Notes: generated by a model from the letters alone, not told the origin. A stretch of 64,000 nucleotides of DNA from Pseudomonadota bacterium (GCA_018242465.1 JAFEBY010000064.1:426-64425); one strand, 5' to 3'; shown: positions 10,009-20,656, counted from the first letter of the stretch. Made by a program: numbers and translations.

Positions 10009-13000
10009 TGGAGCGCATCATGAAAATCACGCACAAGCCGACAATGATGGAGCGCGCCCGTGTCATCGCCGGGGCGGCATTGGTCACTCTCGCCGGGTTG
10101 CCGGCGAATGCGGCGACGACATCGTTTCCGCAATACCCGTTGTTGACGGGTGGATCCTCCATTCCACCCAACATCCTGCTGATTCTCGACGACTCGGGGT
10201 CGATGGCGTATCCGTCGATGCCGGTGGATCAAAGCAGCCTGAACGATGACGTCTCGGGTCGCTCCTACATCAACAACACGGTCTACTACAATCCGAACCG
10301 GACCTATCTGCCGTGGCGAACGGCGAGCACCAATCTGAATGTCCGATTGGCGAATGCGGATTTCACCAATGCCGCCGGCAATCCCACCGGGTTCGGCAGT
10401 TACCGGGATTTGCGGGATACCGCGGAATCGTTTTTTTACGTGCCGAAATCCGGAGTCTCCAATCCCGGTACGAATTCCAGTAATTACAACAAGTACCGGA
10501 TCGCGACGTCCAATTCCGTCAACAGCTACAACGGCGGCGTGGTGCAGATGCAGGCATCTTCCACCAAAACACTGATGAGCAACTCAATTGCGTCCATTTC
10601 CAAGAGCAACTATTCGAGCTGCATTGTGGTCACCACCAATTCGGCTGACAGCGTCACCATCTCGACTTCCGGTGGAACGGGGGATGGTGATTTAAATGTC
10701 TATTCAAGCAACAATTGTTCCGGATCAACGTATGGCGTCAGCCAAGGCAATACCAATTCCGAGAGTGTGACTTACACCACGCCTCCGGCAACGATCAGCT
10801 TCAACATTCTTGCGTATGCTGCGGTCAAGAATATCAATTACACGGTTACGGCAACCACCAGCTGGCAGGACGCGACCCCCACGGGGCGCAGCCAGCAGGA
10901 CGAGCTGCAGAATTTCGCCAACTGGTACCAATACCACCGCACGCGCAACAAGATGGCGAAGGCCGGTGCATCCGAGGCCTTCGGGCGGCTCGGCAGGAAT
11001 TACCGCATCGGCTTCGACACGATCTGGAATCGCAATGCCGCGGGCAACACGATCAATGTTTCGGGGTCCTCGCCTGCATACCCGATCCCGGTTGGCGTTG
11101 ATGATGGCTTGTTTGAAGACTCGGGATCGACGACCAATCGAACGGCGTTCTATTCCAGGCTTCAGGGGGCTACGGCCAGCAATGGCACGCCCCTCCATGG
11201 AGCCCTGCAGCGTGCGGGGCGTTACTTCGCGACCGATGATCCGTGGAAGGACTCCAGCGGCAACATGCTGACCTGCCGCCAGAATTACGCAATCCTGACC
11301 ACGGACGGTTACTGGAATCAGAAGGACGGCTTTAATGGCTCCGCCCTGGCCAAGTACACCAATAGTGACGGCAAGCTGGTCGTCGCCGGCGATGGCAAGG
11401 GCAACGTGGACAGCGGGGCCGGATACCCGTACCAGGACAATATTGCTTACACGCTCGCGGATGTCGCTTACTACTACTGGATGAATGATTTGCGGCCACT
11501 GATGACCAACAATGTGCGGAGTGGATCGGGTGACCCCGCCACATGGCAGCATATGGTCACGTTCGGCGTGTCGATCGGCCAGCAGGGCAACTACGATCCA
11601 ACGGGAAATCCACCCAATCCGTTCCCGGATGTGTGGCTCAAGGACAGCTATACGAACTCGTCCTGGTCCAACAGCGATGGCAAGCAGCGCATCGACGATC
11701 TCTGGCATGCCGCCATCAACGGGCATGGCAGCTTCGTGGTCGCCACTGATACCGACAAGTTCGCTTCGGCACTCAGCAGTGCCCTGGCATCCATCGATTC
11801 ACGCAGCGCATCCGGCTCCAACGTTGCGTCGAGCTCGACCAAGACCGACTCGGCGACCCTGACCTTCGTGGCCGGGTTCACCTCCGGAAGCTGGATTGGC
11901 GACATGAGCGCAAGCCCCTTCAACGGGGGATTGACCGGTCTTTCAACGACTCCGCTTTGGTATCTTTCCGACACTTTTGCGGCTGGTGGCGTGAATCAAT
12001 CCTCGGCGTTCACCAATCGCACCGTGTTGACCAGCAAGGGTGGGGTCGCGGCAGCTTTCAACAGCGCGGTATCGGGCTCGAGTGATTTCGCGGCGCGAAC
12101 CGGCATGGCCGACCAAGTGACGGCAGTCGACAACATCGCCTACCTGAAGGGCGACCAGAGCAAGGAAACGGGGAACGTGGGTGGAACGTTGCGCAAGCGC
12201 GCCTACCCGATGGGCGACATCGTCGATTCTTCGCCCGCGTATTCGGTAGACACCGGAACGGTCTACGTAGGGGCCAACGATGGCATGTTGCACGGCATCG
12301 ATTCGACGACCGGGAAGGTGTTGTTCTCCTATGTTCCGAAAGGCCTGGACTTCAGCGCCATGGCCAGCTTGAGTTCAACTTCGTACGACCACCGCTATTT
12401 CGTGGATGGCCAGATCGATGTCATGAACAAGGCCAACCAAGGCAATGGCAAGGACATCCTGATTTCGTCCCTGGGGCGTGGCGGGCGCGGCGTGTTCGCA
12501 CTGAACGTGACCAATCCCACCGGCATGACGCCAAGCAGCGTGCTGTGGGACAACACCACGCAGGACCCGACGGTTGACAAGGACATGGGCTATGTTCTCG
12601 GCTCGATACGCATCCGCAAGGGAAATGGCGGCAAGACCTATGCGTTTGTCCCCAATGGAACCGATAGCCTGAATGGTTCGGCGACGTTGTACGTCTATCA
12701 GCTGGATGCCAATGGCGCCATTTCCGCGACCACAAAATTGGTTGCGGACGCCTCTGGCGGCAATGGCCTGATGTCCTTGGGCCTGGCCGACCTCAATGGC
12801 GATGGAACGGTGGATACCGTCTATGGCGGCGATTTGAAGGGCAATGTCTGGCGCTGGGATTTCAGCGGAACGAGCGTGCCATCGTCAGCGGTGAAACTAT
12901 TCACGGCGACGGATTCTTCTGGCACGCCACAGCCGATCACCGGCGGCTTGGGCTTGGGGCGCGATTCATCGGGCAATATCTTCGTCGGATTCGGTACTGG

Positions 13001-13613
13001 ACGATTCATCTCGAACAGCGATATCCCGGGCGGGCTGGGCTATACCAGCCAGACGCAGAGCCTCTATGGAATCATCGACAAGGGCGCCACCGTCGCCGGT
13101 CGCTCGGCATTGCAGTCACGCACGATCCCCTTCACCGGGACGAGCGCAACCGGGCAGGCATTGCGTGGATTCGAAACCTATTCGGACTTGCCGGCAGGCA
13201 AGCAGGGTTGGTATATCGATTTGACTCCACCAGAGCGCGTCATTTCGTCGCCGACGATCTATGGATCGGCCATGGTCGTGACCTCGGTCATACCCGCCAC
13301 GGGCACCGATTGCGCAGGCGCGACGGGTAGCGGGTTCGTGAATGCCATCGATCTGTATACCGGGACCAGCCCAATGTCCAAGCCCTACTTCGGGGATGCG
13401 GGTGGAGTCGTGAAGGACTCGAATGGCAATGCCGGAATGGTTGGAGCTATTGGCAGTACGGGAGGCATGCCGACCGAAGCCAATGTCACTCAGGGGCTGG
13501 TGACCAGTGGTACGGGCAGCGGCGTGAAAGACAAGAACCCGACTGTCAGTAGTAACCTGAACGGAGGCGACAACATTCCCAGCCGCGTCAACTGGCGTGA
13601 AATCGTGAATTGA
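10008..13613 (+). CDS. pilY1: Type IV pilus adhesin PilY1
   Basis: vWA MIDAS PNILLILDDSGSM, NFANWYQYHR.R, TDGYWN, YVGANDGMLH, YFVDG, Ca-loop DLNGDGTVD, GWYIDL, C-terminal RVNWRE. Confidence 0.93.
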   Translation: MERIMKITHKPTMMERARVIAGAALVTLAGLPANAATTSFPQYPLLTGGSSIPPNILLILDDSGSMAYPSMPVDQSSLNDDVSGRSYINNTVYYNPNRTYLPWRTASTNLNVRLANADFTNAAGNPTGFGSYRDLRDTAESFFYVPKSGVSNPGTNSSNYNKYRIATSNSVNSYNGGVVQMQASSTKTLMSNSIASISKSNYSSCIVVTTNSADSVTISTSGGTGDGDLNVYSSNNCSGSTYGVSQGNTNSESVTYTTPPATISFNILAYAAVKNINYTVTATTSWQDATPTGRSQQDELQNFANWYQYHRTRNKMAKAGASEAFGRLGRNYRIGFDTIWNRNAAGNTINVSGSSPAYPIPVGVDDGLFEDSGSTTNRTAFYSRLQGATASNGTPLHGALQRAGRYFATDDPWKDSSGNMLTCRQNYAILTTDGYWNQKDGFNGSALAKYTNSDGKLVVAGDGKGNVDSGAGYPYQDNIAYTLADVAYYYWMNDLRPLMTNNVRSGSGDPATWQHMVTFGVSIGQQGNYDPTGNPPNPFPDVWLKDSYTNSSWSNSDGKQRIDDLWHAAINGHGSFVVATDTDKFASALSSALASIDSRSASGSNVASSSTKTDSATLTFVAGFTSGSWIGDMSASPFNGGLTGLSTTPLWYLSDTFAAGGVNQSSAFTNRTVLTSKGGVAAAFNSAVSGSSDFAARTGMADQVTAVDNIAYLKGDQSKETGNVGGTLRKRAYPMGDIVDSSPAYSVDTGTVYVGANDGMLHGIDSTTGKVLFSYVPKGLDFSAMASLSSTSYDHRYFVDGQIDVMNKANQGNGKDILISSLGRGGRGVFALNVTNPTGMTPSSVLWDNTTQDPTVDKDMGYVLGSIRIRKGNGGKTYAFVPNGTDSLNGSATLYVYQLDANGAISATTKLVADASGGNGLMSLGLADLNGDGTVDTVYGGDLKGNVWRWDFSGTSVPSSAVKLFTATDSSGTPQPITGGLGLGRDSSGNIFVGFGTGRFISNSDIPGGLGYTSQTQSLYGIIDKGATVAGRSALQSRTIPFTGTSATGQALRGFETYSDLPAGKQGWYIDLTPPERVISSPTIYGSAMVVTSVIPATGTDCAGATGSGFVNAIDLYTGTSPMSKPYFGDAGGVVKDSNGNAGMVGAIGSTGGMPTEANVTQGLVTSGTGSGVKDKNPTVSSNLNGGDNIPSRVNWREIVN

Positions 13614-13620
13614 TAAGGTG

Positions 13621-14046
13621 ATGGCCTTGAAGAATCCAAAGACAACGCAATTCGGCTTCACTTTGATCGAACTCATGATCGTCGTGGCGGTCATCGCGAT
13701 TCTGGCCGGAATTGCGTATCCCAGCTACATCGAGCACATGAAAAAGACGCGGCGTGCTGCCGGCGCTGCATGTTTGCTGGAGCAGGCACAGTTCATGGAG
13801 CGCTACTACACCACCAACATGAGCTATTTGGGGGCCGCATTGCCCGGAACAGACTGCAAGGCGCAGATGCAGAGTTATTACAGTTATGGATTTTCTGCGG
13901 GTCCCAGCAATACGTCTTACACCCTGACTGCAATTGCGAAGGGGGCACAGGCGGCTGATAGCAAATGCCTTAACCTGAGTATGGACCAGAAGGGAACCAA
14001 ATCGGTCAGTGGCAGCAATTCGGCGACGCCATCGGCGTGTTTCTGA
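13621..14046 (+). CDS. pilE: Type IV minor pilin PilE
   Basis: G|FTLIELMIVVAVIAILAGIAYPSY, MERYY, QAAD.KC, terminal Cys. Confidence 0.92.
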   Translation: MALKNPKTTQFGFTLIELMIVVAVIAILAGIAYPSYIEHMKKTRRAAGAACLLEQAQFMERYYTTNMSYLGAALPGTDCKAQMQSYYSYGFSAGPSNTSYTLTAIAKGAQAADSKCLNLSMDQKGTKSVSGSNSATPSACF

Positions 14047-14060
14047 TCGGCCCGGAAGTC

Positions 14061-14100
14061 AAAAACAAAACCCCGCCAATGGCGGGGTTTTGTTTTTATT
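14061..14100. terminator. Bidirectional intrinsic terminator between pilE and the att site
   Basis: AAAAACAAAACCCCGCCA-A-TGGCGGGGTTTTGTTTTT. Confidence 0.85.
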
Positions 14101-14135
14101 TCGGCACCCGGAGATCATCCAAGTACTTGAATTAT

Positions 14136-14158
14136 ATGGCGCCCGAAGTTGGACTCGA
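14136..14158 (-). repeat. att direct repeat (3' end of tRNA-Asn), distal boundary of island 1
   Basis: ATGGCGCCCGAAGTTGGACTCGA is identical to 50889-50911. Reverse complement reads ...TCGAGTCCAACTTCGGGCGCCA (T-arm, acceptor stem, CCA). Confidence 0.92.
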
Positions 14159-14349
14159 CTCATTTTCTAACCTATTGAATTTGCGCGAATTTCCGTGGTT
14201 CGCGAAAAGCACTTTTACACAAATCGTTACACACCGAAACGAGGCGGTTTTCAGCGATCTGGCTTGTTGCGATTGTGTGATCGTAACCAGTTTTGATCGG
14301 CTACGCGCGCGGTTACCATTCTGACTCTGGGGAGAAATTGGGGTGTCAG

Positions 14350-15954
14350 ATGCGTGGATGGATTCTGGCTGCGGGCTTGGCCTGCATGGGTTCCGCTGCA
14401 GCCAAAGAAAAGCCGCAAGTGGCGGCGGATCTCGCCGGGACGCACGGCTTTGTTTTTGTCGAAGCTCCCAAGGGCGGCTTGGGTGCTCTCTACGTCAAGT
14501 CATTGGCGTCAGGTGACGGTGCGATTATCTCCACACCCGTTGGGGCTCCAACTAAGCCAGCGGCAGAACAATTCGGCTACTGGTTGCTCCCTGGGCGCTA
14601 CAAGGTCACAGGCTGGCCAAATCATCCCCAAGCGGACGGACCCGAGTTCGAAGTGGAAGCTGGCCGCGTGACGGACTTGGGCTCCATGGTGCCGGTGAAC
14701 CTTGGTGGATATGAAGTCGTCCTGTTGCCTGTGCGCCATCCGGAGAACGAGAACGATCTCGAAACGGCGATCGCACCAATTAAGGCACTGCTCAAGAATC
14801 CTGAACCAATCCGCTGGAATGCGAGCTCGGTTCCGGCCCCAGCCACAACGGGACAGCGTGCCTCCGGACTCGGTCTCATTGCCGATCTGCTGCTCGCTTA
14901 CGACCACAAGGTCAACAAGCCATCGACCATCCAGCACCTGAAGGACGAGAAGGATCCGAAGGCGTTCCTGCAAATCGCCCGAACGGTGATGCCTCCGCTC
15001 CAGGACGAGCCAGCCCTGGCGCCCGACGGAACTGCTTGGTTTCCCGCTGATCTGGGCACGCTGCGCAGGCGGACGCCGGACGGTCACTGGGACTCGGTCA
15101 ACATCGATACCTTGCGACAGATTCTGGCAGTGGAATACGACCAGGGGCGCTTGCTGGCCGGAAGCGACGACGGCCATATCCGTCTGAGTTCCGACAACGG
15201 CGCGCACTGGTCAGAGCTAAAGACTTTGGCGCCGCTCGAATCGGTCATCGATATTGATCACGGCGACGGGACATGGATCGTCGTGACAACAGAGAAGTTC
15301 AGCGATCCCAATGCACCACGAGGCGGCGGCCTGGTGGCCGCGATGCCCGGCACACAATCGGTTCACATGCGCATGTATTCCGGCAAGCGTGACGATTTGT
15401 CGGACTTGGCACTGTCGAAGGAATTCACGCTCACACCGAAAGACCAGATCGGCTGGATGGGCGCTCGCGGGCAACTGTTCAATGGCAAGTACTACGTCAA
15501 CGCCGGAAATGCGCTAGAACGCCTCGACATTACTAGCGGGACTTGGACCCTAATCACGCCAGGGGATCGCGTCAGCACCCACTACGTCGATCCGAAAACC
15601 GGAACGCTATCGGCTTTTTGGTCGCAAGGAGCGTTTTCCAAAGTCTTCCTTTCAATGGATGGGGGCGATCACTGGAATCAGATCGGCCGCCCCTCGTACG
15701 TGATTATCGATGTCCAGATGAATGCACCGGACCGCGGGTGGGCAAGTCGCATGAACATGGGAGCCTTCAGTGGCACATGGGAAACCTACAGCTTTGTGCA
15801 ATCAAAGAACGATTGGGACAAGACAGGCGAAGCCCCCTTCAGTTGCCGCCCCATGCGCTATTCCGCGGATACGGCTCCGATCTGCATCACAACAGGCGCA
15901 AGCATCCTCGGCCTACATGATGGCAAGTGGGAGGTTGAGTTTTCTGCGAATTAG
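14350..15954 (+). CDS. Secreted beta-propeller-like (BNR/Asp-box) hypothetical protein
   Basis: Signal peptide MRGWILAAGLACMGSAAA; Asp-box motifs SSDNGAHW and SMDGGDHW. Confidence 0.7.
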   Translation: MRGWILAAGLACMGSAAAKEKPQVAADLAGTHGFVFVEAPKGGLGALYVKSLASGDGAIISTPVGAPTKPAAEQFGYWLLPGRYKVTGWPNHPQADGPEFEVEAGRVTDLGSMVPVNLGGYEVVLLPVRHPENENDLETAIAPIKALLKNPEPIRWNASSVPAPATTGQRASGLGLIADLLLAYDHKVNKPSTIQHLKDEKDPKAFLQIARTVMPPLQDEPALAPDGTAWFPADLGTLRRRTPDGHWDSVNIDTLRQILAVEYDQGRLLAGSDDGHIRLSSDNGAHWSELKTLAPLESVIDIDHGDGTWIVVTTEKFSDPNAPRGGGLVAAMPGTQSVHMRMYSGKRDDLSDLALSKEFTLTPKDQIGWMGARGQLFNGKYYVNAGNALERLDITSGTWTLITPGDRVSTHYVDPKTGTLSAFWSQGAFSKVFLSMDGGDHWNQIGRPSYVIIDVQMNAPDRGWASRMNMGAFSGTWETYSFVQSKNDWDKTGEAPFSCRPMRYSADTAPICITTGASILGLHDGKWEVEFSAN

Positions 15955-16060
15955 ATCTGGACCTCGCTGATCCAACCGGCCATGGCGCCAGGACAGACCT
16001 CGTAGAAGTACAAAAAAAGTGCCGTGACGAGGACAGCTGGTTATTCGTCGCAGTCCGAGA

Positions 16061-16699
16061 TCAGTCCTTGATGCAGCCTGAATTTTGCATCGCTGTGAAC
16101 ACCCCTTCTTTCGTGGTAGGGCCGGTAAATGCTTGCTCGCGAGCCTGTTCGGTGCCAAGAAGGAGTCCGCGGAGGTAAGCACAGTACTTTCGTTGCCCTA
16201 GCAGCGAGAGCGACAGTTCCGGGCGCAATCTTAGATGCACGGTTTCGCGTGCAGCAGCTATCGGGCGTTTTCGCTTGAGTTGTAGTGGGTCCGTGTCTTG
16301 AAAGACGCTGCCAATCCTCGCGCTGCCGGCTGGTGTCGAACCTGTGTTTGCACTCATAGAGGCCTGCCCTGGAGTCGAAGCCATCACAGGTGCCGTAGTT
16401 TCGTGCCCTTTGACCGACACGCTTGCCTGAGCCGGCTTCCGCAACTGCTTCTCGCTTTCGCGATTGCCGGTGCTTCGCATCGTTGACGGCTTGGGGTGTC
16501 GCTTCGTTGCGTTGCGGCTCGCACTATCAAGGGGCCGAGAGATTGGTTTGTTGAGAGGCGTCACGAAAACCAGCCTCATCGGAATGGCGGACAGCGCAGC
16601 TGGCTGATGAGGTATCAATAGCAGCAGGGCCATGTTTAGCAGGACGGCAATCGTGCCCGCGACTATCGCTCCCCCGCGCGACGCACTGCTCTCAGCCAT
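16061..16699 (-). CDS. Hypothetical protein, N-terminal membrane anchor plus low-complexity linker
   Basis: Hydrophobic N-terminal helix; starts 6 bp after the stop of the upstream gene. Confidence 0.5.
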   Translation of the reverse strand: MAESSASRGGAIVAGTIAVLLNMALLLLIPHQPAALSAIPMRLVFVTPLNKPISRPLDSASRNATKRHPKPSTMRSTGNRESEKQLRKPAQASVSVKGHETTAPVMASTPGQASMSANTGSTPAGSARIGSVFQDTDPLQLKRKRPIAAARETVHLRLRPELSLSLLGQRKYCAYLRGLLLGTEQAREQAFTGPTTKEGVFTAMQNSGCIKD

Positions 16700-16705
16700 C
16701 AGGAC

Positions 16706-17032
16706 TCACCAGTCCGTGTCAAATCCCCCTGAGCCCGGGCTCGCCCAAGAATCGTGACCCGAAGCCATGTGGTCATCCATAAGGCCAAAGGTTGATTCCG
16801 AAAGGCTGAGTGTTGATTCATGGATATCCATTCCAAATGGACTGCCACCAACATCGACGCCACCGTACGAGTCATCGATCATTGGCAGTCCCGTCGCTGG
16901 GTTAACTAGGGAACCGGTCGAAGAGTGTTCAGTCCCATGGTCAAAAATTGAATCGTCAATCAGTCCACGCGCAACCTCCGTGTTATCCGCCCATTGATCA
17001 AATTGTTCAAACAGGAACGAGAAGATGCCCAT
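16706..17032 (-). CDS. Small acidic hypothetical protein (NPATGLPM...GVDVGGSPFG motif)
   Basis: GGAG RBS before ATG at 17032; motif I recognise from small mobile-element proteins. Confidence 0.6.
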   Translation of the reverse strand: MGIFSFLFEQFDQWADNTEVARGLIDDSIFDHGTEHSSTGSLVNPATGLPMIDDSYGGVDVGGSPFGMDIHESTLSLSESTFGLMDDHMASGHDSWASPGSGGFDTDW

Positions 17033-17114
17033 CTGACAGGTCTCCGGCGAGGAAAGTTCCGCAGTGAAGTCAGCCAACCAGTGTCGAGACGGACAGACCG
17101 CCTTCTGATGATTC

Positions 17115-17720
17115 TCAGATGTCCCGGACCGCCGGGTTCGACTTCTTCTCAGACAAGGTGTCCCATTCGCGCACTTTCGGGACATTGATGATCTTGACCT
17201 GGCCGCAGGTGTAATCCACCTTCTTGTCGAGCCAGTTTTCTGCATTCGTATCCATCAGCACGTCGCCATCCAGCCACGCGAGATATTCGATACGGATGCG
17301 CTGCACGCCTTCAGCTCCACGATGCACCGTCGCATCGACGAAGTATTCATGGCTCGCCTGGCCGAACTTTGTCTTTAGGGCGCGTCCGGCCAGGACCATC
17401 TGATCCTGACGGAGACGCTCGAAACCGACATAAACGGCCTTGCCGTCCAGATAGTGCGCACGCAGTGCGGCTTTGCGGTCTAGTACGGTCACATTGAGGT
17501 CGACGCACTCGCTTCGGCGATCGTCATCCGAGTAACACTGTGCCTCTGGGAATTTCGCCTTGAAGTCCTCCTGGGTGGTGCCGAGCGCGATGCCCTTGAG
17601 CTCCCAATTCGCAGATGAACCTGGAGCCACGGGACCTCCGAGCCCTTTGTCCGCAGCTCTTGTGAGGTCAGGCGTAAGAAGAACGGACGCTATCAGCCAA
17701 GCAGCATGTTTCAGTTTCAT
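17115..17720 (-). CDS. Exported hypothetical protein
   Basis: AAGGAG RBS; signal-like MKLKHAAWLIASVLL. Confidence 0.65.
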   Translation of the reverse strand: MKLKHAAWLIASVLLTPDLTRAADKGLGGPVAPGSSANWELKGIALGTTQEDFKAKFPEAQCYSDDDRRSECVDLNVTVLDRKAALRAHYLDGKAVYVGFERLRQDQMVLAGRALKTKFGQASHEYFVDATVHRGAEGVQRIRIEYLAWLDGDVLMDTNAENWLDKKVDYTCGQVKIINVPKVREWDTLSEKKSNPAVRDI

Positions 17721-17906
17721 GGTTTTGTTCTCCTTGAATTGTGATCTCTCTTTTTCGCCCAAGGCGGCCCGCCGCCAAGCACCGCATTGCACCGGAAACA
17801 GCGGACGGACCCGGCTACCTCGTTCGAGTAGGCTGTCCACTATCCATAAATATCGCATATTCGATTTGTGAATTTAGCGTTCAGGCCATCGACCCGGATC
17901 GGCCTG

Positions 17907-18221
17907 ATGCCCAACACCCAGTACCGAACTGAAACCAGGCTCCTGAGCCAGCGTCTGCGGGAGATACGGGAGGAGCTGGGTATCACCCAGATCGACCTCT
18001 CGGAGTCCATCGGTCAGAGCCAAACCTTTGTGAGTAACCTTGAGCGCGGAAATCGCCGGATCGATGTGGTTGAACTGATCGATCTATGCGATGCGTTGGG
18101 GATCGAATTCGTGCCGTTTCTGGAAGAGTTCGAAGCGTCCGTCCGAGCAATGCGCGGAGAGCGCAAACGCCGAAAGCTGAAGCTGCCGTCCAATCGCGCC
18201 CGCCCGCGTCGACGAGCCTAG
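17907..18221 (+). CDS. XRE-family HTH transcriptional regulator
   Basis: LREIREELGITQIDLSESIGQSQTFVSNLERGNRRIDVVEL. Confidence 0.88.
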   Translation: MPNTQYRTETRLLSQRLREIREELGITQIDLSESIGQSQTFVSNLERGNRRIDVVELIDLCDALGIEFVPFLEEFEASVRAMRGERKRRKLKLPSNRARPRRRA

Positions 18222-18478
18222 AGCGCCTCGTACAACATCACGGTCAGAATGCACAGCGTGACGCGCTTGTCGACTTGGGGACCACGCAGAGACTGCATCA
18301 GTTCATCGCGGACCCGATCCACCAATGCCATGCCACGAAACCCCCTGCGTTCGAACTTCAAGTGCGTCGCAGCTGCTGCACGCATGTCGGCCTTCCGCTG
18401 GGACCATCCGGTCGATTTCTGCCAGACCGACGCGAGATAGAGACGTTCTACAAAGGGCCTATCAATGGAATTGGACAT
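18218..18478 (-). CDS. Small hypothetical protein
   Basis: GGAG RBS before ATG 18478; convergent 4-bp overlap with the XRE gene. Confidence 0.4.
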   Translation of the reverse strand: MSNSIDRPFVERLYLASVWQKSTGWSQRKADMRAAAATHLKFERRGFRGMALVDRVRDELMQSLRGPQVDKRVTLCILTVMLYEAL

Positions 18479-18790
18479 CTGTGGCTCCGGAGATCGAGGG
18501 AGGGCCACGCGAGGTGGCATTCCGTAGATGTCACGGGAGCCGCAGGAGCTAAATCAGCAGGTAAACGTCGCTCCTGCGCTTTTGTCCGAAACTCCTGAGT
18601 CAGACACACTCAAATGGTCCAGCGTGAAGCCCTTCCCACGGTAACGACGAAACCGGGTCCTCTGGGGCGGAGCGCAGACAGCATGCATCTGATGCACGTC
18701 ACGCTTTGGGCCGCATATGTGCGTTTTTGGCCAAGTCCGTGGATTTGGCGCTATTCTCGGTCCGGTAAGTACCGCCGCGACCGGGGAGCG

Positions 18791-20656
18791 ATGGCGATCC
18801 TGATACCAAACAGAGCCAGCTGTCTGCCACGGATGACGAATGGCGAGCGTCGTCTTGCTCAGCGCCTGGAGGAGCTGCTCGAGGACGATTACCTGGTTTG
18901 GTATGACGTTCCTGTTGGATTGAAGCAGCGACACCCCGACTTCCTGATTCTTCACCCCAACCGAGGCTTTCTCGTTTTGGAGGTAAAAGACTGGAAGCTG
19001 GAGACGGTTGTTGAATGGGATCGGATCAGTGTGACCCTGTTGACCGACCGTGGACAGGTCCATGAGGTAAATCCGCTCTCTCAAGCGCGTTCATATGCGC
19101 ATGAGCTTGTCGGTGTTCTGCAAAAGGATCCCGCTTTGCGATGTCCAGACGGGCATCTGCATGCAGGGAAACTCCTGATGCCGTATGGCATCGGAGTCGT
19201 GCTGACCAACATAACGCGCGCCCAATTCGACGCCAACGAGATTGGCAACGTGATCCCGCCCCATAAGGTCATCTGTCGCGACGAGATGACAGAGGGCACG
19301 GATTCCGAGGAGTTTCAAGAACGTCTGTGGGCAATGTTCGATGCCGCTTTCCCTTGTCACCTGTCACTGCCCCAGATCGACCGGTTTCGGCACCACGTGT
19401 TCCCGGAAGTGCGGATCTCGGCGCAAGCGAGCCAGGGCGCGCTGTTCTCGGAGGCTTCAGATTGCTCCAAAGAGGTTGATATTCCAGATCTGATCCGCGT
19501 CATGGATCTGCAGCAGGAACTGCTCGCCAGATCACTGGGGGATGGACATCGGGTAATCCACGGTGTTGCTGGATCAGGGAAAACAATGATTCTCGGCTAC
19601 CGGTGCATGCATCTAGCCAAGGCGCTTGCGAAGCCTATTCTGGTCCTCTGCTACAACAAGACACTTGCGGCAAGGCTTAACGGCTTGATCGTCGAAAAGG
19701 GGCTAGGCGAGAAAGTCGTCGTACAGAACTTCCATGCCTGGTGCTATGAGATGTTGCGCGCCTACAGCCTGCCGAAACCACAGGGAACTGGAGAAGAGTT
19801 CTTTGCGGCACTTGTCGAAGCCGTAATCGCGGGGGTGGAATCCAAGGCCATCCCACGGGCACAGTACGGTGCTGTGATGATCGACGAAGGGCATGATTTT
19901 GAACCGGAATGGTTCAAGCTCATCGTCCAGATGGTGGATCCGTACACCAATTCCCTGTTGGTGCTCTATGACGATGCGCAGTCCATCTATGCGGGAAAGC
20001 GAAAGGCATTCAGTTTTTCAAGCGTGGGCATCGAAGCGCGAGGACGAACAACGATCCTCAAGCTCAATTACCGAAATACCCTTGAGGTGCTGACCGTTGC
20101 CCGCACGTTTGCACAGGAGCTGCTAGCTGAGCACGCCTCGGAGGAAGACGGTATACCGCTACTGGCTCCTCAAAGCGCGGGTCGGCGCGGGCCGATGCCG
20201 CAGTTGATTCACTGCGAAACATTCAGCCGTGAACTGGATGTTGTTGTGAGCAAGATTCGGGACGCCATCGCTCAGGGTCGGAATCCAAATGACATCGCCA
20301 TTCTCTATCGGAACTGGTCGTCAGCCCAAGCAATCGCGGGGCGGCTTCAGCGGGAGGACCTGCCTTTTATTTGGGCTCAAGGGAAAGGTAAAGCTGGGCT
20401 CTTTGATGGAGAGGCCTCCATCAAACTAATCACCTTGCATTCGAGTAAAGGGCTGGAGTTTGGTTTGGTGATCATTCCGGAAATTGGGAGCATGCCGACG
20501 AAGAATGAAGCGCCGGAAGATGAGGCGAGGTTGCTGTACGTCGGAATGACTCGCGCGTTGAATGAACTTGTCATTACCTATCATGGGGAATCGAATTTTG
20601 TTGAAAAACTCGAACATGCAGTTTCAGGCTCCAGAAGATCCCTGGAGGCAGCCTGA
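18791..20656 (+). CDS. NERD nuclease + UvrD-like SF1 helicase
   Basis: GE...HPDFLILHPNRGFLVLEVKDW (NERD); GVAGSGKT, IDEGHD, DDAQSIY, NYRNT, TLHSSKGLEF, LYVGMTRA. Confidence 0.88.
   Translation: MAILIPNRASCLPRMTNGERRLAQRLEELLEDDYLVWYDVPVGLKQRHPDFLILHPNRGFLVLEVKDWKLETVVEWDRISVTLLTDRGQVHEVNPLSQARSYAHELVGVLQKDPALRCPDGHLHAGKLLMPYGIGVVLTNITRAQFDANEIGNVIPPHKVICRDEMTEGTDSEEFQERLWAMFDAAFPCHLSLPQIDRFRHHVFPEVRISAQASQGALFSEASDCSKEVDIPDLIRVMDLQQELLARSLGDGHRVIHGVAGSGKTMILGYRCMHLAKALAKPILVLCYNKTLAARLNGLIVEKGLGEKVVVQNFHAWCYEMLRAYSLPKPQGTGEEFFAALVEAVIAGVESKAIPRAQYGAVMIDEGHDFEPEWFKLIVQMVDPYTNSLLVLYDDAQSIYAGKRKAFSFSSVGIEARGRTTILKLNYRNTLEVLTVARTFAQELLAEHASEEDGIPLLAPQSAGRRGPMPQLIHCETFSRELDVVVSKIRDAIAQGRNPNDIAILYRNWSSAQAIAGRLQREDLPFIWAQGKGKAGLFDGEASIKLITLHSSKGLEFGLVIIPEIGSMPTKNEAPEDEARLLYVGMTRALNELVITYHGESNFVEKLEHAVSGSRRSLEAA

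Noticed and set aside
18614-18790. Upstream start of the NERD helicase
   Set aside because: GGGGAG RBS directly precedes ATG 18791, and the MAILIP start fits the family.
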